From: Candidatus Eiseniibacteriota bacterium | GTDB lineage: Bacteria; Eisenbacteria; RBG-16-71-46; JACRLI01 | Assembly (NCBI GenBank): GCA_016235265.1 | Contig: JACRLI010000015.1 | Span: 133,335-197,334 of the forward strand | Length of the DNA stretch: 64,000 bases | Reading direction: 5' to 3' | Part shown: positions 36,658-45,997 of the stretch, piece by piece | Numbering within the stretch: the first letter of the stretch is position 1 | Layout of the letters: each line of letters opens with the position of its first letter | The notes under the pieces: generated by a model | Database searches by the model: none | Seen by the model: only the letters and a program-made list of their open reading frames with translations | Told to the model about the DNA's origin: nothing | Position numbers and translations under genes: made by a program

Positions 36658-39529
36658 GGGGCAGTTCCTCCTCCCCGGCGGCGCCCAGCAGGCGCAGCCG
36701 GTCGTGGATGTCCTCGTTTCGCGGGGCCAGCTTGCGGGCCAGGTGGAAGCACTGCACCGCCATGTCCGTGCGCCCGATGGAGAGCAGGCAGTCCCCGGTG
36801 TCCAGCAGCGCCTCAGGATCCTGTGGATCCAGTTCGAGCAGCCGGGAGAACGCCCCGGCGGCCTCCTCCCCGCGCCCCAGGTGGCGGAGCACGTGGGCCA
36901 GGTGGCCCAGCGCCCGTCGCGAGCGCGGGGCGCGTCGCACGGCCTCCGCGAATTCCCGGGCCCCGGCTTCGAAGTCTCCGCAAGCGCAGCGCGCAATCCC
37001 CAGCAGCAGCGCCAGTTCCGCCGGCCCGTCGCCCGTGGCGTGGGCGGCCTCGAGGCGTGCCACCGCCTCGCGCACGAGCCCCGCGTCGAGCTCTTCCGAT
37101 GCGGCGCGCAGCAGCGCGCGCACCGCGGGGTCGCCCGCCTCGGGCAGGTCCGGCACGGCGCGCACCGGCGGGTGCCCCAGCAGGAAGTACTCCGCCGCGG
37201 TCACGCCCCACTTGAGGGCGAACGCCCGCGCCGCCGAAGGCGCGCCTTCCTCCGGGTCCCCGCCGTCCACGTGCACGTAGGTGTCGCGGGCCACCGTGAG
37301 CCCCAGGCCCGACTCCCGGGCCCGCAGGCAGAAGTCGTCCACGGCCGCCTGCCCGTCCAGCGCCTCGTCCAGCTCGCCGATGCGCTCCACCACCTCGCAC
37401 CGGAGCGCCAGGCATTCGGGACGGAGCCCGGGAGTGTCCGCGTAGTCCATCCGCCGCAGCGCGCGCAGCTGCGCCGCGGCCTCCGCCGGCCCGGCCGAGC
37501 AGAGCGCCTCGCCGACCGCCTGGGCGCCGGAGGGCACCGGCAGCAGCGGGCCGGCCATGCCGGCCGCGTCCCGGTCGGCCAGCGCCCCCAGGAGCCCCTC
37601 GAGCCACCCGGCGGTCACCCGGGCCCGGTCGTCGAGCAGCACCACGAAGCGTCCCTTGGCCGCGCGCACGGAGGCGTTGGCGGCGCGGGACAGGCCCGGG
37701 GCGGACCCGGTCCCGACCGCGCGCGCACCCAGCCGCGCCAGCTCCGCGGGGAATGCCCCGCAGCCCGGGTCCCAGGCCACCAGGATTTCGTGGGACAGCG
37801 TCGTGTGGCGGCGCACCGCCTCCGCGCACTCCGCGGCCTGGCGCACGCCATGCCCGGGCAGGAGCACCACGGAGGTGAGGCCGACGGGCAGCACCTCCGT
37901 GCGCGGCCCCCCGCCCCGGCGGCGCCAGCAGGTCAGGAACCCGTCCTCGAGATGCACCGGATGAACGTCGGGCCGCACCCGCCCCGCCCACCGGGCGTTG
38001 AGCACCTTGGCGTTGTGCGACATGCGCGAGAAGCGCTCCGGGCCGCCCATGGACTCGTGGTGCGTGAGGACGCTGCGGGGTCGGTACACCACGCGGAAGC
38101 CGTGGGCCCGGGCGCGGAAGCACAGGTCCACGTCCTCGAAGCCGTTCCAGTAGGCGGGATCGAAACCGCCCAGCGCGTCGAACAATTCCCCGCGAACCAG
38201 GCAGCACGCCGCGGTGACCACCTGGAAGTCCCGCGGACGGTCCACGTGCGGGGCCCCGGCCGGGTCGTGCTGGTAGATGTGGAACCCGGTCACCCCCTGC
38301 GGGAAGTCGGGGTTGCCGGCCACCGTCACGCCGGCGTGCTGGATGGTCCCGTCGGGGAACAGCAGCTTGCTGCCCGCGATCCCCACCGTGGGGTCCTGGT
38401 CCAGCGCCTCCACCAGCGGCCCGAGCCAGCCCGGGTGCGCCTCGGTGTCGTTGTTGAGCAGCAGCACGTGGCAACCGGCGGCCGCGCGCGCGCCCTGGTT
38501 GCAGGCCCTCGCGAACCCGACATTCACCGGGTTGCGGATCAGCCGGATGCGCGGCAGGAACTCCGCCAGCGCCTCGCGCGGGTCCTCCACCGAGGCGTTG
38601 TCCACGACCACCACCTCGAAGCTGGCCCCCGCGGGGACGGAGAAGAGCGAGGCGAGACACTGCCGCGTCCATTCGGACTTCCCGTAGGCGGGGATCACCA
38701 CGGTGGCGTCGGGACGCTTCGTGGCCGGGTCGCACCGCCACGCGGAGGGCCGCAGGTCCGGGAAGCCGCGCAGGCCGGCGGCCGCGCCCGCGCCGCACGC
38801 GGTGCACTCCAGCGGACGGCATTCGCGGCCGGTGGCGCAAACCGCGGCGGCGGCGCAGGCCGGGCACAGCAGGGCCGGCGCCAGCGCCTCCGCCACGGCG
38901 GCCGGGCCGGAGCCCGGGAGCCCGGAGAGGCTGTCGAGCACGGGCACCCGGGGCTCCAGGCGCGTGAGGACCACCAGCGTGCGCCCCGAATCCGGGGAGG
39001 CCGTGGACCGAGCCAGGCGCGCCCACGCGCCGCGCTGCGAGCGCAGCGCGCGGCTCACCTCGGGGCGCACCTCGGGCAACCGGTCGGCCTGGGCGGCGGC
39101 GCACTCCACCGCCGCGCTGCCCCAGGGGAGCCTGCGGGTCTCGAAGCGCCCGTCGGAGCGGGCGTGCCACTCGATTCTCCCGGCCAGGCCCGCGGGGGCG
39201 GCCACCACCACCAGCTCCGCGGCCACCCGCATCGCGGCGGTGAGGATCGCCTCCAGTTCCCCTTCCGCCAGGTCGGCGCCGGCGTCGGTCCACGCCACGG
39301 CCCGCACCGCGCCCTCGCGCAGCGCCGGCCGGGCGGGATCGCCCAGCAGCGTGATCTCCGCCCGCCCCGGACGCGCCCCGTACACCGGCCCCAGGCCCAG
39401 GTGCGGCGCGTCCCACGCCCCATTCCACCCGTCCCGGCCGTGCCGCAGTTCCAGCACCGAGGAGCAGTCCAGGCCGGCGTCCTCCAGGAATCCGGTCAGC
39501 GGCGCCCAGCGCACCACGTCACCCAGCAT
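36647..39529 (-). CDS. Multi-domain glycosyltransferase (Cys-rich zinc-ribbon-like motif, two GT2-like domains, TPR C-terminus), 960 aa
   Basis: CPACAAAAVCATGRECRPLECTACG Cys cluster; GT2 core (TVVIPAYGKSEW...VVVVDNAS...LLLNNDTEAHPGWL...DVDLCFRA); second Rossmann-like GT-A region; TPR repeats. Confidence 0.75.
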   Translation of the reverse strand: MLGDVVRWAPLTGFLEDAGLDCSSVLELRHGRDGWNGAWDAPHLGLGPVYGARPGRAEITLLGDPARPALREGAVRAVAWTDAGADLAEGELEAILTAAMRVAAELVVVAAPAGLAGRIEWHARSDGRFETRRLPWGSAAVECAAAQADRLPEVRPEVSRALRSQRGAWARLARSTASPDSGRTLVVLTRLEPRVPVLDSLSGLPGSGPAAVAEALAPALLCPACAAAAVCATGRECRPLECTACGAGAAAGLRGFPDLRPSAWRCDPATKRPDATVVIPAYGKSEWTRQCLASLFSVPAGASFEVVVVDNASVEDPREALAEFLPRIRLIRNPVNVGFARACNQGARAAAGCHVLLLNNDTEAHPGWLGPLVEALDQDPTVGIAGSKLLFPDGTIQHAGVTVAGNPDFPQGVTGFHIYQHDPAGAPHVDRPRDFQVVTAACCLVRGELFDALGGFDPAYWNGFEDVDLCFRARAHGFRVVYRPRSVLTHHESMGGPERFSRMSHNAKVLNARWAGRVRPDVHPVHLEDGFLTCWRRRGGGPRTEVLPVGLTSVVLLPGHGVRQAAECAEAVRRHTTLSHEILVAWDPGCGAFPAELARLGARAVGTGSAPGLSRAANASVRAAKGRFVVLLDDRARVTAGWLEGLLGALADRDAAGMAGPLLPVPSGAQAVGEALCSAGPAEAAAQLRALRRMDYADTPGLRPECLALRCEVVERIGELDEALDGQAAVDDFCLRARESGLGLTVARDTYVHVDGGDPEEGAPSAARAFALKWGVTAAEYFLLGHPPVRAVPDLPEAGDPAVRALLRAASEELDAGLVREAVARLEAAHATGDGPAELALLLGIARCACGDFEAGAREFAEAVRRAPRSRRALGHLAHVLRHLGRGEEAAGAFSRLLELDPQDPEALLDTGDCLLSIGRTDMAVQCFHLARKLAPRNEDIHDRLRLLGAAGEEELPLAG

Positions 39530-40538
39530 CTCGGCCTCCGTCCGGTCGCCTTTCGTGGCCGGCCGCCTCGCGGCGGGCCAGCTCGTCCAGCGCGTACACC
39601 GTGCGCTCCGCCTCTTCCAGCGTCACCGCGGCCTCGCACGGGAAGCTCAGCGCGCGCCGCAGGTACTCCACCGCGCCGGGAAAGCTCCGCCGCACGTGAG
39701 GATCGTCGGGGTCCAGCCCCAGGGCCAGCCGCAGCTGCGGCCGCGCCACGCGCACGCCGCGCGCGTGCAGCTGGCGCGCCCATGCCGCGTTGGGATAGGC
39801 CGTCGAGCCGAACAGCACCCGCACCGTGTAGCGCGGCCACGTGCCGCGGGTGCCGCGCGCGTACTCGGGCAGGCGGACGCCATCCAGCGGGCCCCAGGCG
39901 GATTCCCAGAGCGCGGCCAGGCGGCGCTGCCCCGCGACGCGCGCGGGAAGGGCCGCCAGGAATTCCTCCAGCGCCGGATCGGCCGGCGCCCCCACCTCAA
40001 CGGAGGGCGGGGGCAGCTTGCGACCCGCCTCCTCCACCGTGCCCGCGTCGGCCGAGGCGATGCGCGCCGCGCGGTCGGGACCGTGCAGCAGCACCGCGTC
40101 GGCGTGGGCCCCCGGAAGGAAGCCCTGGGCCATCGCCCCCAGCGACTCGCGCACCTCCTCGACCACCACCGCGTCACGGCGCCGGGCCAGGGCGGCCAGT
40201 TGCGGTCCGTCCGGCGGCAGGCCGTCCACGTCGGCGCACCACAGGGCCTCGAAGCCCCGGCCTTCGCGGGCCACCGAGGACACATCCAGGCGCCCGGTGT
40301 CGGGATCCACATCCAGCGGGACCACGTCACAACCGCCCCGCCTCAGAGCCTCGGCGGCCTGCGTGCAGCCCCACACCGGCAGCGCCACGCGCGCGCCGGG
40401 CCCCAGGCCCAGCGTGCGCGACAGCGCCTGCGCGGCGGTGCGGAACGGGACCGGTCGGGTCAGCGCGACCACCTCCAGGTGGTCCTCCAGTCCCTCGGGC
40501 AGCCCCGCGGGGCGGATCGGCTGGCGCAGCGCGCTCAC
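39519..40538 (-). CDS. DegT/DnrJ/EryC1-like (PLP-dependent sugar aminotransferase-like) protein, possibly degenerate
   Basis: 339 aa from GTG at 40538 (GTGA overlap); VALPVWGCTQAAEALRRGGCDVVPLDVDPDTGRLD resembles the DegT motif (PSFTF.A...G..PVFVDID..T.NID); assignment is tentative. Confidence 0.45.
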   Translation of the reverse strand: MSALRQPIRPAGLPEGLEDHLEVVALTRPVPFRTAAQALSRTLGLGPGARVALPVWGCTQAAEALRRGGCDVVPLDVDPDTGRLDVSSVAREGRGFEALWCADVDGLPPDGPQLAALARRRDAVVVEEVRESLGAMAQGFLPGAHADAVLLHGPDRAARIASADAGTVEEAGRKLPPPSVEVGAPADPALEEFLAALPARVAGQRRLAALWESAWGPLDGVRLPEYARGTRGTWPRYTVRVLFGSTAYPNAAWARQLHARGVRVARPQLRLALGLDPDDPHVRRSFPGAVEYLRRALSFPCEAAVTLEEAERTVYALDELARREAAGHERRPDGGRDAG

Positions 40539-41515
40539 GAGGCGGCTCTCCAGGCCGCGCCGCGGGCATCGCGGGTTCGGCCCGCGTCCGCGGCGGCCCA
40601 GGCGCGCATCTCGCGCAGCCCTTCCCGGAGCGTCACCGACGGGGCCCAGCGCAGCAGCCGCGCCGCGAGCGAGGGGTCCCCGCGCATGCGGCCGATCTCG
40701 GCCAGCGGCGCGGGGTGGGTGACGAAGGTGTAGCCGACCCCCGCCGACATGGAGCGCCCCAGCTCGGAGAGGCGCGTCTCCTCGCCGGAGGCGGCGTGCA
40801 CCACCGTGCCGTGCACGCGGAGATCCTCGCCCATCTCGGCCAGCAGCCGCGCCACGTCCCGGGCGTGCACGAAGTCGCGGCTCTGACGGCCGTCGCCGTG
40901 GATCTTCACCTTCTCGCCGCGGGCGACGCGGCGGGCGAACGTGGCGATCACGCTGTCGTCCTCCTCCCCTTCGGGAACGGGGCCGTACGCGCCGAACACC
41001 CGGCACACCGAAACCGGCAAACCGTGGGTGTGATCGCAGGACAGCGCCAGCTGCTCGGCCGCCAGGAGCGCCGCGGCGCGCGGTGTGCGCGCCGCGGTGG
41101 GCCAGGACTCCGACTGCTTCTCCCGGCCGCGGTAGGGCTCCAGCACCTCGGAGCTGCCCGCGAGCACCAGCCGCGCCCGGTGCGCCCGGCACGCCTCCAC
41201 CACCTCCAGCGCCTCGCCGACCACGCGGCGGAACGCCTCACGCGGCGACGCGTCCGCGGCGGAGGCACGCGGCACCTGCCAGAAACACACCGCCGGCCGC
41301 TCCGAGAACACCGGCAGCAGCTCCTCGGGGTTGCCCACGGCGCCCGCGCTGAAACCCAGGAATCCCTCCCGGCCCGCCAGCTCCGCGTACCCGCGGGCGG
41401 AGGCCTCCGACCTGCCCAGCACGCGCACCGAGTGTCCGCGCGCCAGCCACTCGGCGACCAGCGCGTGGCCCAGGGCGCCCGAGCCGCCGACCAACGCCGC
41501 GCTCAGGCCGCGCAC
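40535..41515 (-). CDS. NAD-dependent epimerase/dehydratase (SDR family)
   Basis: About 326 aa from GTG at 41515; glycine-rich NAD motif VGGSGALGHALVAEWLARGHSV; epimerase C-terminal region. Confidence 0.65.
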   Translation of the reverse strand: MRGLSAALVGGSGALGHALVAEWLARGHSVRVLGRSEASARGYAELAGREGFLGFSAGAVGNPEELLPVFSERPAVCFWQVPRASAADASPREAFRRVVGEALEVVEACRAHRARLVLAGSSEVLEPYRGREKQSESWPTAARTPRAAALLAAEQLALSCDHTHGLPVSVCRVFGAYGPVPEGEEDDSVIATFARRVARGEKVKIHGDGRQSRDFVHARDVARLLAEMGEDLRVHGTVVHAASGEETRLSELGRSMSAGVGYTFVTHPAPLAEIGRMRGDPSLAARLLRWAPSVTLREGLREMRAWAAADAGRTRDARGAAWRAAS

Positions 41516-44103
41516 GCCTCCGCCTTCCCGGGGCGCGGCGCAGGCCGGGCCCGCAGCGCCTCCTCCAGGCCCTCCACCAGGTCCATCCGGCTTTGGGCGC
41601 GCGCGCGGCGCAGCGCCTCGGCGGTCGCGTCCCGCGCCCCGGCGTAATCGCCCATGCGCGCCAGGAGGTCGGCGCGCCGCAGGGCCGGCGCGAGCTCGCC
41701 GGGCATCAGCTCGCACAGGCGCGCATAGCCGCTGGCCGCCACCGGCAGGTTCCCGTGGGTCTCCGCGAGGCGCGTGGCCTCGGATACCGCCCAGGTGTTG
41801 GCGGGCTCCAGGTTGATCGCCTGCTGGTACTGTCCGACGGCGTCCTGCACCCGCCCGGCGGCCTCCAGCACGCGCCCGCAGGCCACCAGCAGCACGGCGG
41901 GTCGCGGGGTTTCAAGCAACTCCCGCCGCATCAGCTCGCCCGCGGCGCCGAAGTCGCGCATGGCGGCCAGGGAGAGCGCCAGGCCGGACACGGCCCCGGG
42001 CAGGTGCGGATGGGCGCCCAGCACGCGGGCGAAGATTTCCGACGCGGCCTCGGGGGAGTTGGACTCGAGCAGTTCGTGCCCGCGGCTCATGGCGTCGGCC
42101 AGGTGCACCGGATCGCCCAGGTCGCGCTCCTCCCGGGGCCCGTCCGGTCCCAGGCCCAGAGCGGGTCCGAGGAGGCTGGCGATGCGCTCGTCGCCATGCG
42201 CCTCTCGCACCAGCTCGCGCCCCGCGCGCGAAAGCGCCTCCCACGCCTCCTTCGAGTCGTACAGCTCCGCGATGGCGCGGGCGAACCCCTCGGGGTCCGA
42301 TGCGATCCTCGCGTTCCGCCCATCCACCAGGTGCATGCCCTCGGCGCCCACCGGGGTGGTCACGCACGGCAGGCCGCAGCCCAGCGCCATGGCGATCTTG
42401 CCCTTGAGCCCCGCACCGTAGCGCAGCGGGGCGATCGAGACGCGGGCCCCGGAGAGGTACGGGGCCAGGTCGGGAACGTAACCGGTGACCTCGATGTCCC
42501 CTCCGTGGAGCCGCCGCACCGATTCCGGCGGGCGGTCACCCACGATGCGCCAGCGCACGCCGGGCAGCAGTTCGCGCACCCGGGGCCACACCTCGGCGTG
42601 GAACCACGCCACCGCGTCCACGTTGGGCAGGTGGCGGAAGCCCGCCAGGAACACCAGGTCGCGGCGCGCCTCGAAACCGGGCTCGTGCTCGTCCACGTGG
42701 TAGACGTCGGGCACCACGCGCACGTCGCGATCCGGCAGGTGGCGCAGCAGCTCGAGTCGGTCGTCCTCGGTGACGGTCAGCACGGTGTTGGCGCAGCGGT
42801 AGGCCGCCAGTTCCCGGGCCTGCATCTGACGGAACGGCCTCCAGGTCTCCGGGAGGTCCTCCTGGCGCGCGCGGCGGGCGTGCCGCAGGAAATCGAGGTC
42901 CACCGAGTCGATCACGATGCGCGTCCGCGGACTCTCCTGGATCAGCCGGGGAATGAGGCGCAGGGCCGACTCGTAGAACGGCAGCAGCGCGACGTCGTAG
43001 TCGCGACCCGCGAGCAGCGCGCCCATCGCCGCGGAGGGGTCCACCCGCGGCGGGCTGCCCTGCAGCGGGCGGTCCAGCGGGTACACCATCACTCCCGTGG
43101 CGCGCAGCCGCTCCACGTAGGGAGCCAGATCGATGCCTTCGTGCTCCCCGCTGTGCAGGCAGGCCACGGTCACGTGGTGGCCGCGCTCCGCGAGGAGCCG
43201 CACCATGTTGTGGATGCGCTGGAAGCCGGAGGCGCGGTCGAAGAGCGGCGGGATCTCGTGGAACATCAGCACCTGGCGGCCCGAGATGCGGTGCGCCGCG
43301 CGCGCGGTCTCACGCGGGTCGCGGGTCACGACCGGCTGGAGGCGCAGTTCCGCGGTCCACTTCTCGAGGAACTTGGGCCGGTTGACGGCCTGGAACTTCT
43401 TGAATCCGGACTCGGTGTCGCGGCCCGCGGTCACGCCCTCGTGATGCACCACCCGTGCGGCGGGCTGGTAGACCACCCGCAGGCCCTCGCGGCGCGCGGC
43501 GAAACACAGGTCGGTGTCTTCGTAGTAGGCGGGCGCGAAGCGGCGGTCGAAGCCACCCAGCTTCCGGAACAGGCTGGCGCGCGCCAGCAGGCAGGCGCCG
43601 GAGCCGTAGTCCACCTCGCGGACGTAGGCGTACTCGGGAGCCTCGGGATCGCCGCCGCGGCCGTAGTTGCATCCGGTGGCGTCGGAGAAGAGGATGCCGC
43701 CCGCCTCCTGCAGCGTGCCGTCGGTGTTGAGCAGGCGCGCACACACGACTCCCGCGGTGGCGTCGCGCTCGGCGGTATCCACCAGCGCCTCGAGCCAGCC
43801 GGGCGCGGGGAGGGTGTCGTTGTTGAGGAACACCAGGTACTCGCCGCCCGCGACCTCGGCAGCGCGGTTGTTGCCGTCCACGAAGCCGAGGTTCTCCGGG
43901 CTGGAGATCACCTGCATGGCGCCCTCGGGGAGGCTGCCCCGGAACGCCGCCAGCCAATCCCCGGTGCCGTCGGTGGACGCGTTGTCCACCACCACCAGTT
44001 CGTAGAGGCCGGCGGGCGTGACGTCGCGCACCCGCTCCAGGCAGGCGCGGGTGTGCGCGAGGTGGTTGAAACAGACGACCAGGATGCTGGCTTTCGGCGG
44101 CAT
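41503..44103 (-). CDS. Multi-domain glycosyltransferase (GT2 plus GT4-like plus TPR), 866 aa
   Basis: ATG at 44103 with GAGGAG RBS; N-terminal GT2 (ILVVCFN...VVVDNAS...FLNNDT...YYEDTDLCF); central GT-B/GT4-like region (GAGLKGKIAMALGCGLPCVTTPVGAEG); C-terminal TPR. Confidence 0.8.
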   Translation of the reverse strand: MPPKASILVVCFNHLAHTRACLERVRDVTPAGLYELVVVDNASTDGTGDWLAAFRGSLPEGAMQVISSPENLGFVDGNNRAAEVAGGEYLVFLNNDTLPAPGWLEALVDTAERDATAGVVCARLLNTDGTLQEAGGILFSDATGCNYGRGGDPEAPEYAYVREVDYGSGACLLARASLFRKLGGFDRRFAPAYYEDTDLCFAARREGLRVVYQPAARVVHHEGVTAGRDTESGFKKFQAVNRPKFLEKWTAELRLQPVVTRDPRETARAAHRISGRQVLMFHEIPPLFDRASGFQRIHNMVRLLAERGHHVTVACLHSGEHEGIDLAPYVERLRATGVMVYPLDRPLQGSPPRVDPSAAMGALLAGRDYDVALLPFYESALRLIPRLIQESPRTRIVIDSVDLDFLRHARRARQEDLPETWRPFRQMQARELAAYRCANTVLTVTEDDRLELLRHLPDRDVRVVPDVYHVDEHEPGFEARRDLVFLAGFRHLPNVDAVAWFHAEVWPRVRELLPGVRWRIVGDRPPESVRRLHGGDIEVTGYVPDLAPYLSGARVSIAPLRYGAGLKGKIAMALGCGLPCVTTPVGAEGMHLVDGRNARIASDPEGFARAIAELYDSKEAWEALSRAGRELVREAHGDERIASLLGPALGLGPDGPREERDLGDPVHLADAMSRGHELLESNSPEAASEIFARVLGAHPHLPGAVSGLALSLAAMRDFGAAGELMRRELLETPRPAVLLVACGRVLEAAGRVQDAVGQYQQAINLEPANTWAVSEATRLAETHGNLPVAASGYARLCELMPGELAPALRRADLLARMGDYAGARDATAEALRRARAQSRMDLVEGLEEALRARPAPRPGKAEACAA

Positions 44104-44161
44104 GGCTCCTCGCGCGGAAATGGAAGACGGATGGCCGGGCGGGCCGGACATCCTGCGGAGA

Positions 44162-44176
44162 GCAACCGATGTGCCA
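44162..44176 (-). promoter_or_regulatory. Sigma54 -24/-12 promoter for the glycosyltransferase island
   Basis: Minus strand reads TGGCAC-ATCGG-TTGCT (exact consensus), about 58 nt upstream of the 44103 ATG. Confidence 0.75.
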
Positions 44177-44313
44177 TGCGGGAAGGCAATCGAAGCGAGG
44201 GGCTATCTTACGGAATGCCTTGAGGAAGCGCCGGGGCCGGGAAATGGCCACCGGGCGGAACGGAAAAGGGCGCCGGCGGATAAGCCACCGGGCGCCCAGA
44301 ATCTGGCCGAGGA

Positions 44314-44559
44314 TCAGTCCTTCTTGGGTTTCACCTTCCGGAGCACCCGGGCGGCATCCTTGATGTCCAGCGGGGAGGCGTTCGCCGCGCGGCGATTCTC
44401 CTCCTGGATGCGCTCGTAGATCTCCTCGCGGTGAACGATCACCTCGGGCGGAGCTTCGATCCCGAGCTTCACCTGCGTGCCGCGGACTTCGAGGACCGTG
44501 ATTTTCACGTTGTCCCCGATCCGAATGTTCTCGCCCAACTTCCGTGTTAGGACCAGCAT
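44314..44559 (-). CDS. csrA: Carbon storage regulator CsrA (flagellin translational repressor type)
   Basis: 81 aa from ATG at 44559 (GGAGG RBS); [51 protein letters not shown] is the canonical CsrA fold sequence. Confidence 0.93.
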   Translation of the reverse strand: MLVLTRKLGENIRIGDNVKITVLEVRGTQVKLGIEAPPEVIVHREEIYERIQEENRRAANASPLDIKDAARVLRKVKPKKD

Positions 44560-44609
44560 CAGTTGCTGCCTCCGCGGCCGGACGCCATCGGGCGCCCGAA
44601 CCCGGCTCA

Positions 44610-45056
44610 TTATCGCACGGTCTGTGTCTCGGAGATAAGCGGAATTTCCGCCCGCACCGGGTAACCGCTCTCGAAGAGGACCACCTGCATACCCTTGTGG
44701 GACTTGGGATTGAGCATGATTGGGCCGCGCATGTTGGCGGTCACATGGGGCTGTCCCGTCCCCACCGAGACGATCACCAGCGGCACGACCGGGTCCTCGG
44801 GCACCGAGCCCAGGGCCCGGCGTTCCACCTCACCCAGGGGCACCACGTACTTCGGGTTGAGCAACAGCGGCGATACCACCGGGAAGCAGATCTCGGGCTC
44901 GTCCACCGCGATCAGCCAGTCGAAGGGCGCGTACTCATCGAGATGCAGGTAACCGAAGCGGCGCAGCTCCTCGAACCCCAGGAGGCCGTGCTTGAACTCG
45001 TACACGGCGCCATCGGGCAGGTCCACCTCGCCGAACTGCGAGTTGTTGAGCTTCAT
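44610..45056 (-). CDS. fliW: Flagellar assembly factor FliW (CsrA antagonist)
   Basis: 148 aa; FliW family ([27 protein letters not shown]...); fliW-csrA adjacency downstream of flgK-flgL as in Bacillus. Confidence 0.88.
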   Translation of the reverse strand: MKLNNSQFGEVDLPDGAVYEFKHGLLGFEELRRFGYLHLDEYAPFDWLIAVDEPEICFPVVSPLLLNPKYVVPLGEVERRALGSVPEDPVVPLVIVSVGTGQPHVTANMRGPIMLNPKSHKGMQVVLFESGYPVRAEIPLISETQTVR

Positions 45057-45068
45057 GAGCCTTTCCCT

Positions 45069-45995
45069 CTAGCCCAGCAGCTGGCCAAGACCCATCTGCA
45101 GGATCCTGTTGCCCACCGCCAGCGCCTGCTGGTAGATGAGTTGCTCCGCCTGGAGATCCGCGGCGGCGCTCGCCGTGTCGATGTCCTCCACGCGCGAGCG
45201 GTTGCTTTGCAGCACCACCGCCTGGTCCTCGAGTTTCGTCTGGACGTCGTCGAGCCGCTGCCAGCGAGACCCCGCGAGGGCCTCCTGCGCCGACACCTGC
45301 TCGTGGAGCGTCTGCAGCTGCGGGACCAGCGCGCGGACGGCGTTGCCGTCGTTGGCGGCCAGCGCGTCTCGCAACTGGATGAGGCTGGCGAAGTAGTCGA
45401 TCGAGCCCGGGGGCGCGCCCGTGCCCCCGAAGATATCGGCGGCGTTCAGGTTGACCTTGAGGATGTTGCCCTTGTCGATCTGCCGGTTGATGGCGTCCGT
45501 GGTCACGGCCGGGTCAAGGGCCACCGCGGTGATCTTGCCCGACCCGTCCCGGGTGGCCACGAACGGCGGCGTGCTGGTGTGGGTGCCGGCCAGGGTGTAG
45601 CGACTCAGGCTGTGGTCGTTGCCCGTGTCCAGCGCGGTCTCGAGCAGCTGGTCGATTGCCGCCGCCAGCGCCGTGCGGGCCGACGCGGTGTTGGAGTCGT
45701 TGGCGCCGCGCTGGGCGGTCACGATGGCGTCGGCCAGCGTCTTGCCGGCGGCCTTGGCCACCGAGGCGGCCTGTTCCACGATGGTCTTGGCGTCGGAGAC
45801 GTTCGACTGGTACTGCTGGTTGGCGCTCAGCGCGTTGATCGTCGCCGCCACCTGCTGGGCCCCCACGGGGTCGTCGGAGGGCGTGAGGATCCGTTTCCCG
45901 GTGGCGACGACGCGCTGGAGCTCGAACAACCGCTGCTGGTGCGCCTGCAGGTCGCTCAGGAAGAAGTCCGCGTACATCCGGGAACTGATCCGCAT
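45069..45995 (-). CDS. flgL: Flagellar hook-associated protein 3 FlgL
   Basis: 308 aa; flagellin-like N and C helices (QQALAVGNRILQMGLGQLLG). Confidence 0.85.
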   Translation of the reverse strand: MRISSRMYADFFLSDLQAHQQRLFELQRVVATGKRILTPSDDPVGAQQVAATINALSANQQYQSNVSDAKTIVEQAASVAKAAGKTLADAIVTAQRGANDSNTASARTALAAAIDQLLETALDTGNDHSLSRYTLAGTHTSTPPFVATRDGSGKITAVALDPAVTTDAINRQIDKGNILKVNLNAADIFGGTGAPPGSIDYFASLIQLRDALAANDGNAVRALVPQLQTLHEQVSAQEALAGSRWQRLDDVQTKLEDQAVVLQSNRSRVEDIDTASAAADLQAEQLIYQQALAVGNRILQMGLGQLLG

Positions 45996-45997
45996 GA

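Noticed and set aside
32650-41647. Very long + strand ORFs (1521 aa at 32650-37215 and 1786 aa at 36287-41647) and many other 300-1100 aa ORFs antisense to or out of frame with the genes called here (e.g. 289-2484, 4279-6198, 7660-10449, 12014-14956, 14013-16769, 41593-44223, 44544-46235)
   Set aside because: Arg/Ala/Gly/Pro-rich shadow ORFs are typical of about 70% GC DNA. Each overlaps a gene with a clear family signature on the other strand or frame, and none has recognisable motifs.
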